64,000 nt of DNA from Planctomycetota bacterium (GTDB lineage: Bacteria; Planctomycetota; UBA8108; UBA1146; JAJFFE01), in the NCBI GenBank assembly GCA_021776775.1, contig JAJFFE010000231.1, positions 35,844 to 99,843 of the forward strand, in the 5' to 3' direction. The notes below the pieces were generated by a model. The model saw only the letters and a list, made by a program, of their open reading frames with translations. It was not told the DNA's origin and searched no databases. Positions within the stretch are counted from its first letter, which is position 1, and each line of letters begins with the position of its first letter. This document shows, in pieces, positions 22,492 through 33,077 of the stretch. Position numbers and translations under genes: made by a program.

Positions 22492-23892
22492 ATGAGTCCA
22501 TCTCCGCAAGCGTCGCGCGACGAGATCCAATCGATCGTGGACCAGCTCGCGACCGTCGTGCAGCAGCGCTACTCTTCGGCGACCCACGACTTGGTAACCC
22601 ACCTCGCGGTTCGGTTTGGGTGTGAGCGCGTCAGCCTCGGATGGCTTCGAGGCACTCGGGTGTCGGTCCAGGCGATCTCTCATACCGACCGATTCGATCC
22701 GAAGAGCCGACTGGTTCGATCTATCGCTCATGCCATGGAGGAAGCGGTCGATCAGCAGACGACACTGATCTACCCGCAAGTTGATCGTTCTCATTAAAGT
22801 CAGACGCGTATCTTGAGAAAGCACGGCGCTCTGGCCGAGCTTCCCGGATCGGGTACGGTCTGTTCGATACCGATTCTCGACCGCGACGAGATACGTGGCG
22901 TTCTTACGCTAGAACAACATCCGGGTGGATCCTTCGACGCAACGCTGCGGCGAATCTGCGAAGCGACCATGCTCATGGTAGCGCCGGTTCTCTACCTGAA
23001 GTGGCGCGACCAACGCTGGGTCGGATCCAAGGTCTGGGAGTCGGTCGGCAACACGGCTCGTAGCTTGCGACAACCAGGAAACGACGGACGCAAGGTCGCG
23101 GCGGCCGCCGCCGCACTGCTCGCACTCTTTGTCTGTTTCGGTTCGGGACAGTATCGCGTGGCGGCGCGTGCACACCTGGAAGGCTCGGTCCAACGCGCGG
23201 CGGTCGCCCCATTCGACGGCTACGTCGGCGAAGCGACGATACGAGCCGGCGACATTGTCGATCAGGGCACGGTGCTCTGCGCCCTCGACACCCGAGAACT
23301 CGAGCTAGAACTCAATCGCTGGCAGACGGAGCGAGACAAGCTCTCCAAGCAGAAGCGCCAAGCGTTGGCGGAGACGGACGCGGTGCAGATTCGCGTCATC
23401 TCCGCCGAGATGGATCAAGTCGAAGCGCGACGCGCCATGATCGAATACAAGCTCGAACGTACGGAGTTGGTGTCGCCTCTTCACGGAGTCGTCGTCACCG
23501 GCGATCTCAGTCAGCGAATAGGCTCACCGGTCGAACGCGGAGAGATCCTGTTCGAGATCGCTCCTCTCGACAGCTACCGATTGATCCTAGAAGTCGACGA
23601 GAGTGACATCGACCAGATCGTTACCTCACAGTCCGGCACCGTCGTCCTGTCGGCGCTGCCCGGCGAATCGGTTCAGTTCACCGTGGTCAACATCACCCCC
23701 GTCTCGGTGCCGCGCGATGGACGCAACTACTTCAGGGTCGAAGCCCAGATTCCTCAGACCGCGGTCAACGGTCTACGGCCCGGCATGGAGGGTCTCGGAA
23801 AAATAGAAATCGGACGTCGAAAATTCGCTTGGCTGTGGACCCACGATCTTTTCGATTGGGCCCGCCTCGGATTGTGGAGTTGGTTGCCGTGA
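22492..23892 (+). pseudogene. GAF-domain HlyD-like membrane fusion protein interrupted by an in-frame TAA (22795-22797)
   Basis: ORFs 22492-22797 and 22813-23892 are in the same frame (...QVDRSH*SQTRILRKHGAL...). The GAF-like region spans the stop, followed by a TM helix and a biotinyl-like hairpin (VAPFDGYV...SPLHGVV), ending LRPGMEG. Confidence 0.8.
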
Positions 23893-26033
23893 GCGACGCG
23901 CTTTACAGCGATGCATGGTACCGCGTTGCCGACAGTCGCCCGCAGATTCGGTCTCAACTCGCAATTCACCGCCACCACTATCGCGGTGAACTCTGGTACG
24001 TCCTCGAGAACGCTGCTCACCGTCGCGTCCATCGCTTCACTCCAGCCGCGTACCGACTCATCGACATGTTCGATGGCTCGAAGACGGTGAACGAACTCTG
24101 GGAACACGCCCGAGAACGATTAGGAGATGAGGCCCCGACTCAAGACGATCTGATTCAACTGCTCAGCCAACTGCACGAAGCCGACGCGCTCACCGCTGAC
24201 CTGTCTCCGGATTCCAAAGCCGACGAGCAGTTTCGAGATCGACAGTCCCAGAACACGCGTCGCAACACATGGCGGTCGCCGTTGATGTGGCGCATCCCGC
24301 TGTTCGACCCCGATCCCATCCTTCATCGACTACGCCCGCTTGGGTACGCGCTGTTTACGACGCGAGGTCTTCTCGTATGGATTGCCCTGGTCGCCGCCGC
24401 CTGCGTCACGGGTGTCGCGCACTGGCAACAACTCACGGAGAATTTGTCAGACCGAGTCCTCGCTCCATCGAACCTCGTCGTTCTGCTTCTTGTGTTCCCG
24501 GTCTTGAAGTTGATTCACGAGTTTGGCCACGCGCTCGCCGTCAAGGCCTTTGGCGGCGAAGTGCACGAACTCGGCGTCATGCTCCTTGTGTTCAACCCCA
24601 TTCCCTACGTCGATGCCTCGGCCGCCTCTACCTTCCCGCGAAAGCGGGAGCGATGCGTCGTCGGTGCCGCCGGCATGATGGCAGAGATCTTCGTCGCGGC
24701 GTTGGCCCTACTCGCCTGGACTCTGGTGGAACCGGGAGTTCTTCGTGCCCTTCTGTTCAACATCGTCTTCATCGCCAGCGTCTCGACGATCATGTTCAAC
24801 GCCAACCCGTTCTTGAAGTTCGATGGCTACTCCATGCTGTCCGACGCAATCGAGATTCCAAACCTCTCGGCCCGCGGGACGTCGTATCTACGCTACTTGG
24901 CAGAACGCTACGTCCTCGGAAACCGGCGACTACCACGTCCGAAGTCTACGGCAGGCGCACGCCGCTGGCTGTTCACCCACGCCGTGGGATCTGTGGTCTG
25001 TCGAGTTCTCGTCATGGCCAGCATCTGTCTCTTCGTCGCCGGGAAGTTCTTTTCACTTGGGGTGCTTCTCGCCGTGTGGGCGTTCACAGCATGGTGCTTG
25101 CTGCCGGTGGGCCGTGGCGTGATCTACTTACTTCGCAGCCCAAGCCTCACCGAAGTTCGCGGCCGTGCCGTTCTGGTGTCAGTACTACTCGCCGTCATGG
25201 CAACTAGCTTGATGTGCATCGTCCCGGCTCCGCTGCGCACCCGAGCCGAGGGGGTCGTGTGGGTGCCGGACGAAGCCGTACTGCGTGCGGCAACCGACGG
25301 CTTCGTAATTCGCTTTCTGGTCGAGCCGGGGGCGACCGTACGACGCGGTGATCCAGTCATCGAGTGCGCCGACCCGTTGCTCAATACCGAAGTTCAAGCC
25401 CGTGAAGCGCAACTCAACGGACTTCGTGCCCGCCAAGACGGAGAGTGGATCGTCGACCGCGTGGCAGCCGCGGTAACCGCGGAGGAAATTTCGAGGGCCG
25501 AGAATGAGCTGGAGTCGGAGCGCTCCCGCGTGAGTTCGCTCATCCTCACTAGCCCGTGTGACGGCACGCTGATCGTCGATCAATTCGAGGACCTCGTCGG
25601 TCGCTACGTGCGAAAGGGTGATCCGATCGCGCACGTCCTGAATCCGGCCGACGTCGTCGCACGCGTGGTTGTCTTACAAGAGAACGTCGACTTGGTTCGC
25701 AATAGGTTGAACGGAACTCGCATCCGCTTGAGTGAATCGCCGGGGCAAGTCGTACCGGCGGTGATTCGTCGAGAGGTGCCGGAAGCGTCGTCTCGCCTAC
25801 CGTCAGCGGCACTCGGCACGCGCGGTGGTGGATCGATTGCCGTGGATCCCACAGATCCGGACGGAGTCGCTTCCCTGCAGACGTTGTTTCAGTTCGACGT
25901 TCACTTCCCGTTGCGCAGCAACTTGCCGCACATCGGCGGGCGAGTTTTCGTTCGGTTCGATCACGGCTGGGAGCCCATCATTGCTCGGTGGTACCACCGA
26001 GCCAAGCAGGTCTGGGAGAAGAACCGTGGCTAG
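23889..26033 (+). CDS. M50 (site-2) peptidase with PqqD-like N-terminus fused to an HlyD-like membrane fusion domain
   Basis: IHEFGH, PYVDASA, AAGMMAE and FNANPFLKFDGY motifs, then AATDGFV...SPCDG. The GTG start overlaps the upstream TGA. Confidence 0.9.
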   Translation: MSDALYSDAWYRVADSRPQIRSQLAIHRHHYRGELWYVLENAAHRRVHRFTPAAYRLIDMFDGSKTVNELWEHARERLGDEAPTQDDLIQLLSQLHEADALTADLSPDSKADEQFRDRQSQNTRRNTWRSPLMWRIPLFDPDPILHRLRPLGYALFTTRGLLVWIALVAAACVTGVAHWQQLTENLSDRVLAPSNLVVLLLVFPVLKLIHEFGHALAVKAFGGEVHELGVMLLVFNPIPYVDASAASTFPRKRERCVVGAAGMMAEIFVAALALLAWTLVEPGVLRALLFNIVFIASVSTIMFNANPFLKFDGYSMLSDAIEIPNLSARGTSYLRYLAERYVLGNRRLPRPKSTAGARRWLFTHAVGSVVCRVLVMASICLFVAGKFFSLGVLLAVWAFTAWCLLPVGRGVIYLLRSPSLTEVRGRAVLVSVLLAVMATSLMCIVPAPLRTRAEGVVWVPDEAVLRAATDGFVIRFLVEPGATVRRGDPVIECADPLLNTEVQAREAQLNGLRARQDGEWIVDRVAAAVTAEEISRAENELESERSRVSSLILTSPCDGTLIVDQFEDLVGRYVRKGDPIAHVLNPADVVARVVVLQENVDLVRNRLNGTRIRLSESPGQVVPAVIRREVPEASSRLPSAALGTRGGGSIAVDPTDPDGVASLQTLFQFDVHFPLRSNLPHIGGRVFVRFDHGWEPIIARWYHRAKQVWEKNRG

Positions 26034-28067
26034 CCTTCGTCACGATCAACGTGCGACGAGCGGTGCGTATCTAGAACGCCCCGACCGATCGGCAACTCCG
26101 CTCGACCGATTCGGCACGATGTTCGGCCTGTCGTGCCGCAAAGCGCAATCACGACGAAGTCAGAAGCGCTTCCTCGCCCACGTCGGCACCGCCGGTAGCC
26201 GGTACCGCGAGCGCTCGACTGCGGCCATCACTGCCGACCTCGAGCAGCTGCGGCGCCGACTCGGCAGCCACGGCCTTCGGCCCGACCTGACGGCGGAGTC
26301 GTTCGCGATCGTCCGCGAGCTGGCTGACCGAACCATCGGTCAGCGGCCGTACGACGTTCAGGTCATCGGAGGGCGCGCACTCCTACAAGGATTCGCGTGT
26401 GAAATGCAGACCGGGGAAGGAAAGACACTGGCGGCGACCTTGCCAGCGTGTACCGCCGCGCTCGCCGGTCGGCGGGTGCACATCGTCACCGTCAATGACT
26501 ACCTGGCAAGACGCGACGCCGAAACGATGGCACCCATCTACGAGGCCATGGGAATCGAAGTCGGCGTGGTGACTCACGGTCAATCGCCGTCAGAACGGCG
26601 CCACGCCTACTCCCGCTCGGTGACGTACTGCACCAACAAGGAGCTGGTCTTCGACTACCTTCGCGACCGGCTGACGCTCGGCGACCGAGACTCGCGGCTG
26701 CACCTGCTCTTGGAACAACTCGGTGCGGGGCCGCACCGAGTCGACGAACTTCTGCTGCGCGGACTCGACTACGCCATTGTCGACGAGCTCGACAGCGTCC
26801 TCGTCGACGAAGCACGGACCCCCCTAGTGCTGTCCAAGGTCGATGAACACGACGGAAACCCCTACGCGTTCCAGTGGGCTCGCTCTATGGCCGAAGCACT
26901 GCAACCACAAGAGCATTTCGTCGCCAACGCCGGTCGCGAGCGGATCGATCTCACGGAGTGCGGTCGCTCCGAACTCCGTCGACTGGCTCAGGAGGGTTCC
27001 GCAATCGACGAGACGTGGCGATTCGCCCGCGAGCGCGAAGAACGAATCGTGCAAGCACTCACCGCACGGTATCTCTTTCGCAAAGATCGCGACTACATCG
27101 TCCGCGACGGCAAGATCGAGATTGTCGATCGCAACACGGGGCGGGCCTGCCGGACCGTTCATGGGAACGCGGGCTGCACCAAGCGATCGAAGCGAAGGAA
27201 GAGTGCACCACCGCCCCCGGCCAAACTCCGGTCGCGCGCATGACGTATCAGAGATTCTTCCGTCGGTACCACCGATTGTCCGGCATGACGGGAACCGTGC
27301 GAGAGGTGGCCGGCGAACTGCGCTCGGTGTACGGACTGTCGACGATCTCCGTTGCGACTCATCGATACGTTCGCCGGGAGCAACTACCCACCCGCGCGTT
27401 TCGCACGGCGTCGGAAAAGTGGTCGGCACTTGCCGACCGTGTCGTGGCACTCCATGAAACTGGACGACCCATTCTGATCGGTACGCGATCCGTCCGCACT
27501 TCCGAACAAGTCGCTGAGATCTTAGAGTCGCGTGGTCTCCACGTTAGGCTACTCAATGCGCGCCACGACCGACAGGAGTCCGAGATCGTGGCACAAGCTG
27601 GCCAACGCTCCGCCGTGACCGTGGCGACCGACATGGCCGGTCGCGGAACCGACATCGCACTGGCAAGCGACATCCGAGAATTGGGCGGACTCCATGTGAT
27701 CTCGGCCGAGCCGCATGAGAGTCGAAGAGTCGACCGACAGTTGTTCGGCCGCTGCGGCCGCCAGGGCGACCCTGGGAGCTACGAAAAGTTCATCTCGCTC
27801 GAAGACGATGTCCTCGTTCACTTCGCAGGTCAGCTCGCTGCTCGAGTCAGCGAACGGTGGTCGCGCAACCGCGGCCCGATTCCGGTGTGGATCGTCGAGA
27901 GAATCTGCCGGCACGCCCAGCGCCAGGCGGAACGGAGACGCCGCGAATCACGACGACAGCTTCTCGAAAGCGACAGCAGAACGTCGATCCGGCTCGCGTT
28001 TGCCGGCCACGAATCGGCGTCTCGTCCGCGACACAGCCACCCAACCATGAAAGCATCTACGACATGA
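26026..28067 (+). pseudogene. secondary SecA (SecA_DEAD) ATPase, frameshifted near 27147
   Basis: First frame: EMQTGEGKTL, VTVNDYLARRD, AIVDELDSVLVDEARTP, IVDRNTGR. Continues in another frame as LPDRSWERGLHQAIEAKE, LSGMTGT, LNAR, ATDMAGRGTDI, QLFGRCGRQGDPG. One base appears to be missing at CGG-GCC|TGCCG. No wing or SEC-C tail. Confidence 0.88.
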
Positions 28068-28930
28068 AACTCACGCATAGAGTGTCCGCCTTGTTGGCCG
28101 CTATCATCATTGTCGGCTCGTTGGGAAACCAGTGGAGCGTAGACGCGCAATCGGGTCAGTCGGACAATGGAAGCACACCCGTGCCGGCCGAGTTCGACGG
28201 TCTGATCAAGGCGTCCCGCACCATCAATCTCAGCGCTCCGGTGGACGGGCTGCTCGAATCGGTCCGCATCGAACGTGGCGATACCGTCAGCAAGGGCCAG
28301 ATCGTGGCCACGTTGGAGTCGACGGTCGAGACTGCGACGTGGGAACTTGCCGAAGCACGGGCCCGGATGGAAGCAGAACAGCGAAGCCGGCGCGCACAAC
28401 TCGCCTTCCTTACCGGCAAGTTGGGCCGCGAGGAACGGCTTCATACCCGCGGCATAGTCTCCGACGATGAACTCGCTCTGAGCCGTACCGAACACGCGGT
28501 CGGCCAAGAAGCGGTGCTCGAGGCTGACGAGCGGAAACAGCTCGCTGTGCTCGAGCAGAAGCGTGCCGCCGCCGCGCTCGCCCTTCGCACGGTCTACAGC
28601 CCGATTGATGGTGTCGTGATCGAACGTGTCCTGTCCAAAGGAGAGCTCGTCACGCGACAGCACCAATCGAAGATCATGGTTCTCGCGCAGATCGATCCCC
28701 TGACGGTCGAGGTCATTGTCCCGGCTGACATCTTTGGAACGGTCTCGGTCGGTGAGCAGGCCGACGTCGTCCCGGTCGGGTTCGCTCAGTACCGATCGAC
28801 CGCAACTGTGAAGACCGTCGACAAAGTCATCGACGCCGCTAGCCACAGCTTTCGAGTCAGCCTCGAACTGCCGAATCCAAACCACCGTCTCCCCGCCGGA
28901 GTAAAGTGCTCCGTGCGCTTCAACAAGTGA
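28064..28930 (+). CDS. efflux RND/T1SS-type periplasmic adaptor (membrane fusion protein)
   Basis: SAPVDGLL...GDTVSKGQ, a coiled coil, SPIDGVV, VIDAASHSF and LPAGVKC. ATGA overlap with the SecA-like gene. Confidence 0.9.
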   Translation: MKLTHRVSALLAAIIIVGSLGNQWSVDAQSGQSDNGSTPVPAEFDGLIKASRTINLSAPVDGLLESVRIERGDTVSKGQIVATLESTVETATWELAEARARMEAEQRSRRAQLAFLTGKLGREERLHTRGIVSDDELALSRTEHAVGQEAVLEADERKQLAVLEQKRAAAALALRTVYSPIDGVVIERVLSKGELVTRQHQSKIMVLAQIDPLTVEVIVPADIFGTVSVGEQADVVPVGFAQYRSTATVKTVDKVIDAASHSFRVSLELPNPNHRLPAGVKCSVRFNK

Positions 28931-28948
28931 GCCCAGCCTCGAAGATGG

Positions 28949-30253
28949 CTACCGCGTCGGAAGGGCGGCTCGGGTCGCGGCCGCATTGGGCGTCGATTTG
29001 ACCGGGTTGTTGTCCGCGTGTGCCAAAGTCGTGAGGACTTCACTGAACGCAAGCTCGAACTGGACGCCGATGACCCACCGCTCATAGTCAAAGATGTTGG
29101 CTCGGTAAGCCGAAACGTCGAACGCCCCGTCTCGTCGGGCGTGGACGTTGGACTCGTTGACGTTGTAGCCCACGCCGACGAGTGCGTTGAGCGGAAACAT
29201 CTCGGTCGCGATCAACACTCCGGCGAAGTAGCTCTGTGAGAAGTCTCTTCTCTTCCCTCGGACATCGAACACACTCGTATTGCGATACTTCGACCACCGA
29301 ACCTCAGCGTCGCCGATCAGATCGACAGTCCACGAGTCGACCTGGTAGCGGTGGCGAAGCACCGCGTTCAATGCGGCGCTGTCCACGTCGTACTCACTTC
29401 CTTCGGTCCGCTGGCTATCCAAGTCACCGCCGAGGTAGAGCTGATGGGTCTCGTTGAAGAGCTGAGCCTCGAAACCAACCGTGTGTTTCGTTCCGTCCAG
29501 ATCCAGCGCCTCTTTAACACTCGGGCTTATCGTCTGAAGATCGGTCACCTGCTCGAGCCGGTAGTACCCGATTCCAGCCGCACTACCACCCCCTTCGAAC
29601 ACGTGGATCTCGGGGCTTCTAAATGCGAGTATCCCTGCATGACGGAGAGCCGAAGTGCTGTGATCGAGAACCTCTCGGCGAAACTCGTAACTTGCCGCGA
29701 TCGTCCCGCCGAACAGGTCCGCATTCAAGAAGGCCCGCCCCACCTCCTCGTCGTAGGAGAGGTCCGAGTTGCGCTCCGGCACGTCGGCCCGAAACCTCGC
29801 GACGATCCCGATGCACACTTTGTCGTTCAGCTCGCGCAGCCCAGCGGCCTGCGCTCCAACACTCCAGTACGTTTCATCTCGGTAACCGAACGTCGGGATG
29901 CGTGCGTTGGCGTTGATACCGATGGTGTTCGAGTCGTATCTCCATCCGGCTCCGCCGCGAAAGTCCGAACCACTCATGCGATCGAAGAGGAACATAGGCA
30001 GCCGCGAGTGGTTTCCGAGACCCCACGTCAGCGTCTCTCGGACGTCGTCGTCGAACGGGTATTGGGGTGCCGCGACCAGCAGGGGTTCTGGGGTCGCGGT
30101 GAACAAGGATGTCCCGTATAGCGCCCAGCCGGGGGCGCCCGCCGGCTCGGTCGGCAGCTCGCTCGCCGCCGCGCGACTCATGACAAGTGTGACCGAGGTC
30201 ACGACGAAAGCGATCACGACTCGACGGAGTTGAATACACATCGAATCCACCAT
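28949..30253 (-). CDS. putative outer-membrane beta-barrel protein
   Basis: Signal-like N-terminus and amphipathic aromatic-rich strands (GAGWRYDSN, VGVGYNVNESNV, FDYERWVIGVQFELAF). Confidence 0.6.
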   Translation of the reverse strand: MVDSMCIQLRRVVIAFVVTSVTLVMSRAAASELPTEPAGAPGWALYGTSLFTATPEPLLVAAPQYPFDDDVRETLTWGLGNHSRLPMFLFDRMSGSDFRGGAGWRYDSNTIGINANARIPTFGYRDETYWSVGAQAAGLRELNDKVCIGIVARFRADVPERNSDLSYDEEVGRAFLNADLFGGTIAASYEFRREVLDHSTSALRHAGILAFRSPEIHVFEGGGSAAGIGYYRLEQVTDLQTISPSVKEALDLDGTKHTVGFEAQLFNETHQLYLGGDLDSQRTEGSEYDVDSAALNAVLRHRYQVDSWTVDLIGDAEVRWSKYRNTSVFDVRGKRRDFSQSYFAGVLIATEMFPLNALVGVGYNVNESNVHARRDGAFDVSAYRANIFDYERWVIGVQFELAFSEVLTTLAHADNNPVKSTPNAAATRAALPTR

Positions 30254-30719
30254 CCGGAACTGGGGGGCGGGCGGGAACAGTGACTAACTTTGGATGGCGA
30301 AAGGATAGAAACGGATGATCCTCCGGTCAATGTCCGTCGACGCGATCGCCCTTCAATTGACGCTGTAACCAATCGCGTGCCAACTCGGAGCCTCTTCGTA
30401 GAACGGTCTTGGTACCTCGAGCCCGTGAATTGGCGAAGGTCATGTCGCTCTCTGCGTTCTCGAGAGTGTGTGCCGACAGAGCTGGGCGAGGCTAACTCGA
30501 CCCCGGGGGGATGCCAGAACAGCCGCGCCGACCGAGTAGGAGCGGCTGTGGAGCGCGCAGCGACCCGTTTGACGTTCACGCTCGCCCCGCGGCGCCGCTG
30601 GTCACTGGTGGCCCAACACCCAACAAGACGAGACCTTACGCCATCGCGTCTTCGATCGTGGCCGGCCCACAACTTTCGCATGGTACGATGCTCGGGCGAG
30701 GCACTACCGCAGGGGAATC

Positions 30720-31829
30720 ATGGGGAATCTTAGACAGTTCTTGTTTGCCGCGACCATCGCGTCGGTCTGCGCGTATCCAGGCTGGGCATCGGCGCAGATC
30801 GAGTTCCGGCGGGGTGACGTCAACGGTGACGGAACGTTCGACGCGATCGCCGAGGCGATCTTCCTGTCCGAGGCACTGTTCGGTGGCGGCACTGCTCCGG
30901 GCTGCCTCGATAGCGCAGACGTCAACGACGACGGAACGCTCGACGTCACCGACATCTTGCTCGTGCTCGCAGCCGGATTCGATCCGGCCCCCCCTGCCCT
31001 ACCGGCACCGTTTCCCGCTTGCGGACTCGATCCCACGCCCGACGCACTGAGTTGCGACAGCTACTTTTCATGTGCGTTGCCATCAACCGCCCCCGAGAGC
31101 CCCGACTACATCATGACGATCGGTGATCTCTCCGGCTCGATCGGAGACGACGAAACGGTCAGTGTGCTGCTCGACAACGTCGGAATGCCACTGAGCGGTT
31201 GGTCCCTCGGCGTCTGCCACGACTCCAACCTTCTGGAAATCGAGAAGGTCGATCTAGGCGAGATCTTCGACACCGTCGTTCCGGACTTCGAGATTCGCAA
31301 TGTCTATCCGGGTTCAGGCTGGACCGCCGGTGTCGTTCTCAGCTTGAGTACCGGTGTCACTCTCAGCTCCGGACTTGGCCACGAACTCTATCGCGCCGAG
31401 TACGAGCTGCTCGCCGTCGGGGCCACCGGGATCGAACTGTGTGGCACCCTCGGAGATCCACCGGTGCCGGTCGTCGTGCGACGCGCGTTCACCCCGGGCC
31501 CACTGAGTCCCATCTCGATCGACGGGCTCGCCCTCATCGAGGTGTCGGGGCCGAGCACGACCTTTCGCCGCGGAGACGGCAACGGCGACGGCACCGTCGA
31601 CCTGGGTGACGTGATCTACACGATCAATTGGATCTTTCAAGGAGGCCCCAGCTTCGGCTGCCGCAGCGCCGCCGACGCCAACGACGACGGTGCGATCGAT
31701 CTCGGCGACCCCATCTGGGTGATCAACTACATCTTCACGAGCGGCGCGTCGCCTCCGTCGCCGTTTCCGAATTGCGATGAAGATCCCACCGCGGACAGCC
31801 TGACCTGCAACTCCTACCCGAACTGCTGA
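30720..31829 (+). CDS. secreted dockerin-cohesin-dockerin-like protein
   Basis: Two FRRGDxNGDG...CxxxADxNDDG...PFPxC...DPTxDxLxC modules flank a beta-sandwich (GWSLGVCHDSNLLEIEKVDLG). Confidence 0.85.
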   Translation: MGNLRQFLFAATIASVCAYPGWASAQIEFRRGDVNGDGTFDAIAEAIFLSEALFGGGTAPGCLDSADVNDDGTLDVTDILLVLAAGFDPAPPALPAPFPACGLDPTPDALSCDSYFSCALPSTAPESPDYIMTIGDLSGSIGDDETVSVLLDNVGMPLSGWSLGVCHDSNLLEIEKVDLGEIFDTVVPDFEIRNVYPGSGWTAGVVLSLSTGVTLSSGLGHELYRAEYELLAVGATGIELCGTLGDPPVPVVVRRAFTPGPLSPISIDGLALIEVSGPSTTFRRGDGNGDGTVDLGDVIYTINWIFQGGPSFGCRSAADANDDGAIDLGDPIWVINYIFTSGASPPSPFPNCDEDPTADSLTCNSYPNC

Positions 31830-31946
31830 ACGCGACCGTGCGGACTCGCGACTTTTGTCGTCTCTCCGCGCCAGGTTCGTGTTTCCTCGCAAACTCCACT
31901 GTGTGAGACTGATCGCTCAACGTCTCTTACGGTGAAGGAGCACCCT

Positions 31947-33053
31947 GTGATTCGTCTCCGCGGATTACTGTTCGCCCTGGTAGGTTCAATCGCCACGATC
32001 GCTGCGGCATTCGCTTGCTGCATGGTCACGGTGGACTATCCGGGTGACGTCGACCAGTCGCGTCAAGATGCTGTCATCGTCCATCACGACGGCGTCGAAG
32101 ATCTCCTGATCCGAGTCTTGCCCGAGTTTCCCGGCCAAGAGCGCGGCCCCGAGCGACTTCTTTGGGTCCTGACGCTCCCGAACGCGCCGACGCACTACGA
32201 GGAGGTCGACGAGCAAGTCTTCGCCGATGCGAAGGCTTTGGTAAAAAAGCTGGTTCAGCGGGTCATCGATGCGCGCCCGAAAGGCGACTGGAAGTCGGCT
32301 GACAAGCTCGACGCCGCCGCCCTGGTCATTGCCGATCCGGTGCGGGTCGGTCAGTTCGAAATCACCGAGGTCCGAGCCAAAGTCGGTCAAGGCGCGGCCG
32401 CCGCTGCGGAACTCAACACCTTCTTGACCAAGAGCGGTTACCCGGCTGAGCCCGAGGGCGAGCTACGCTGGTTCATGGAACGCAGCTTCTCGTTTCTTTG
32501 CATCCAAGTCTTCCCTCCCGATGGTCAGGATCACTTCGCGGCAAAGATCTCGACTCCTGCACTGCGCGTGACGTTTCCGACCGACGAACCGTACTACCCG
32601 GCGAAGTACAGTGCACGACAGGGGCAGTTTGCGCTAAACCTCACCGTGCTATCAAGCCGACCGTTGTCACCAAAAGATCTACGGCACGAACGCGACCGCC
32701 TCCACAGCTGGGTCTACTACACGAACCTTTGGACCGACAGTCGCCCCCCAGGCGCACTGGGAACCATGGTCTCGACCACGGCTCACTACGACGGCGTTTC
32801 ACGTTGGTACGTCAACTCGGCGCCGTCTTTCGAGGGATTCAACACCCCGGTCGATGATGACCTCGGCGCCATCGCCACCTGGAACGACGACGTCTTCTTC
32901 GCGCTCGGCAGCGACGCCGACGCGTACGATATGCCGACGCCGACGTGGAACCGCATTGCCGCGCTTCTCATCCTCGGAAGCTTGCTCGGTGCTTTGGCCG
33001 GCGCCGTGATCGGCATGCGCAAACGTCGGCGAACGTCCTCGAGTCCGGGATAG
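31947..33053 (+). CDS. DUF2330-like exported protein with C-terminal membrane anchor
   Basis: Signal ending in ACCM, QDAVIVHHDGVEDLLI, VGQFEI, LRVTFPTDEPYYP, and a C-terminal TM followed by RKRRR. AAGGAG RBS before GTG 31947. Confidence 0.7.
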   Translation: MIRLRGLLFALVGSIATIAAAFACCMVTVDYPGDVDQSRQDAVIVHHDGVEDLLIRVLPEFPGQERGPERLLWVLTLPNAPTHYEEVDEQVFADAKALVKKLVQRVIDARPKGDWKSADKLDAAALVIADPVRVGQFEITEVRAKVGQGAAAAAELNTFLTKSGYPAEPEGELRWFMERSFSFLCIQVFPPDGQDHFAAKISTPALRVTFPTDEPYYPAKYSARQGQFALNLTVLSSRPLSPKDLRHERDRLHSWVYYTNLWTDSRPPGALGTMVSTTAHYDGVSRWYVNSAPSFEGFNTPVDDDLGAIATWNDDVFFALGSDADAYDMPTPTWNRIAALLILGSLLGALAGAVIGMRKRRRTSSSPG

Positions 33054-33077
33054 CCCGGCCCCGCGAGGCAACGAGCC

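Noticed and set aside
27130-27160. Programmed ribosomal frameshift in SecA_DEAD
   Set aside because: There is no X XXY YYZ slippery site, and the break falls inside a conserved motif; mutation or sequencing error is simpler.
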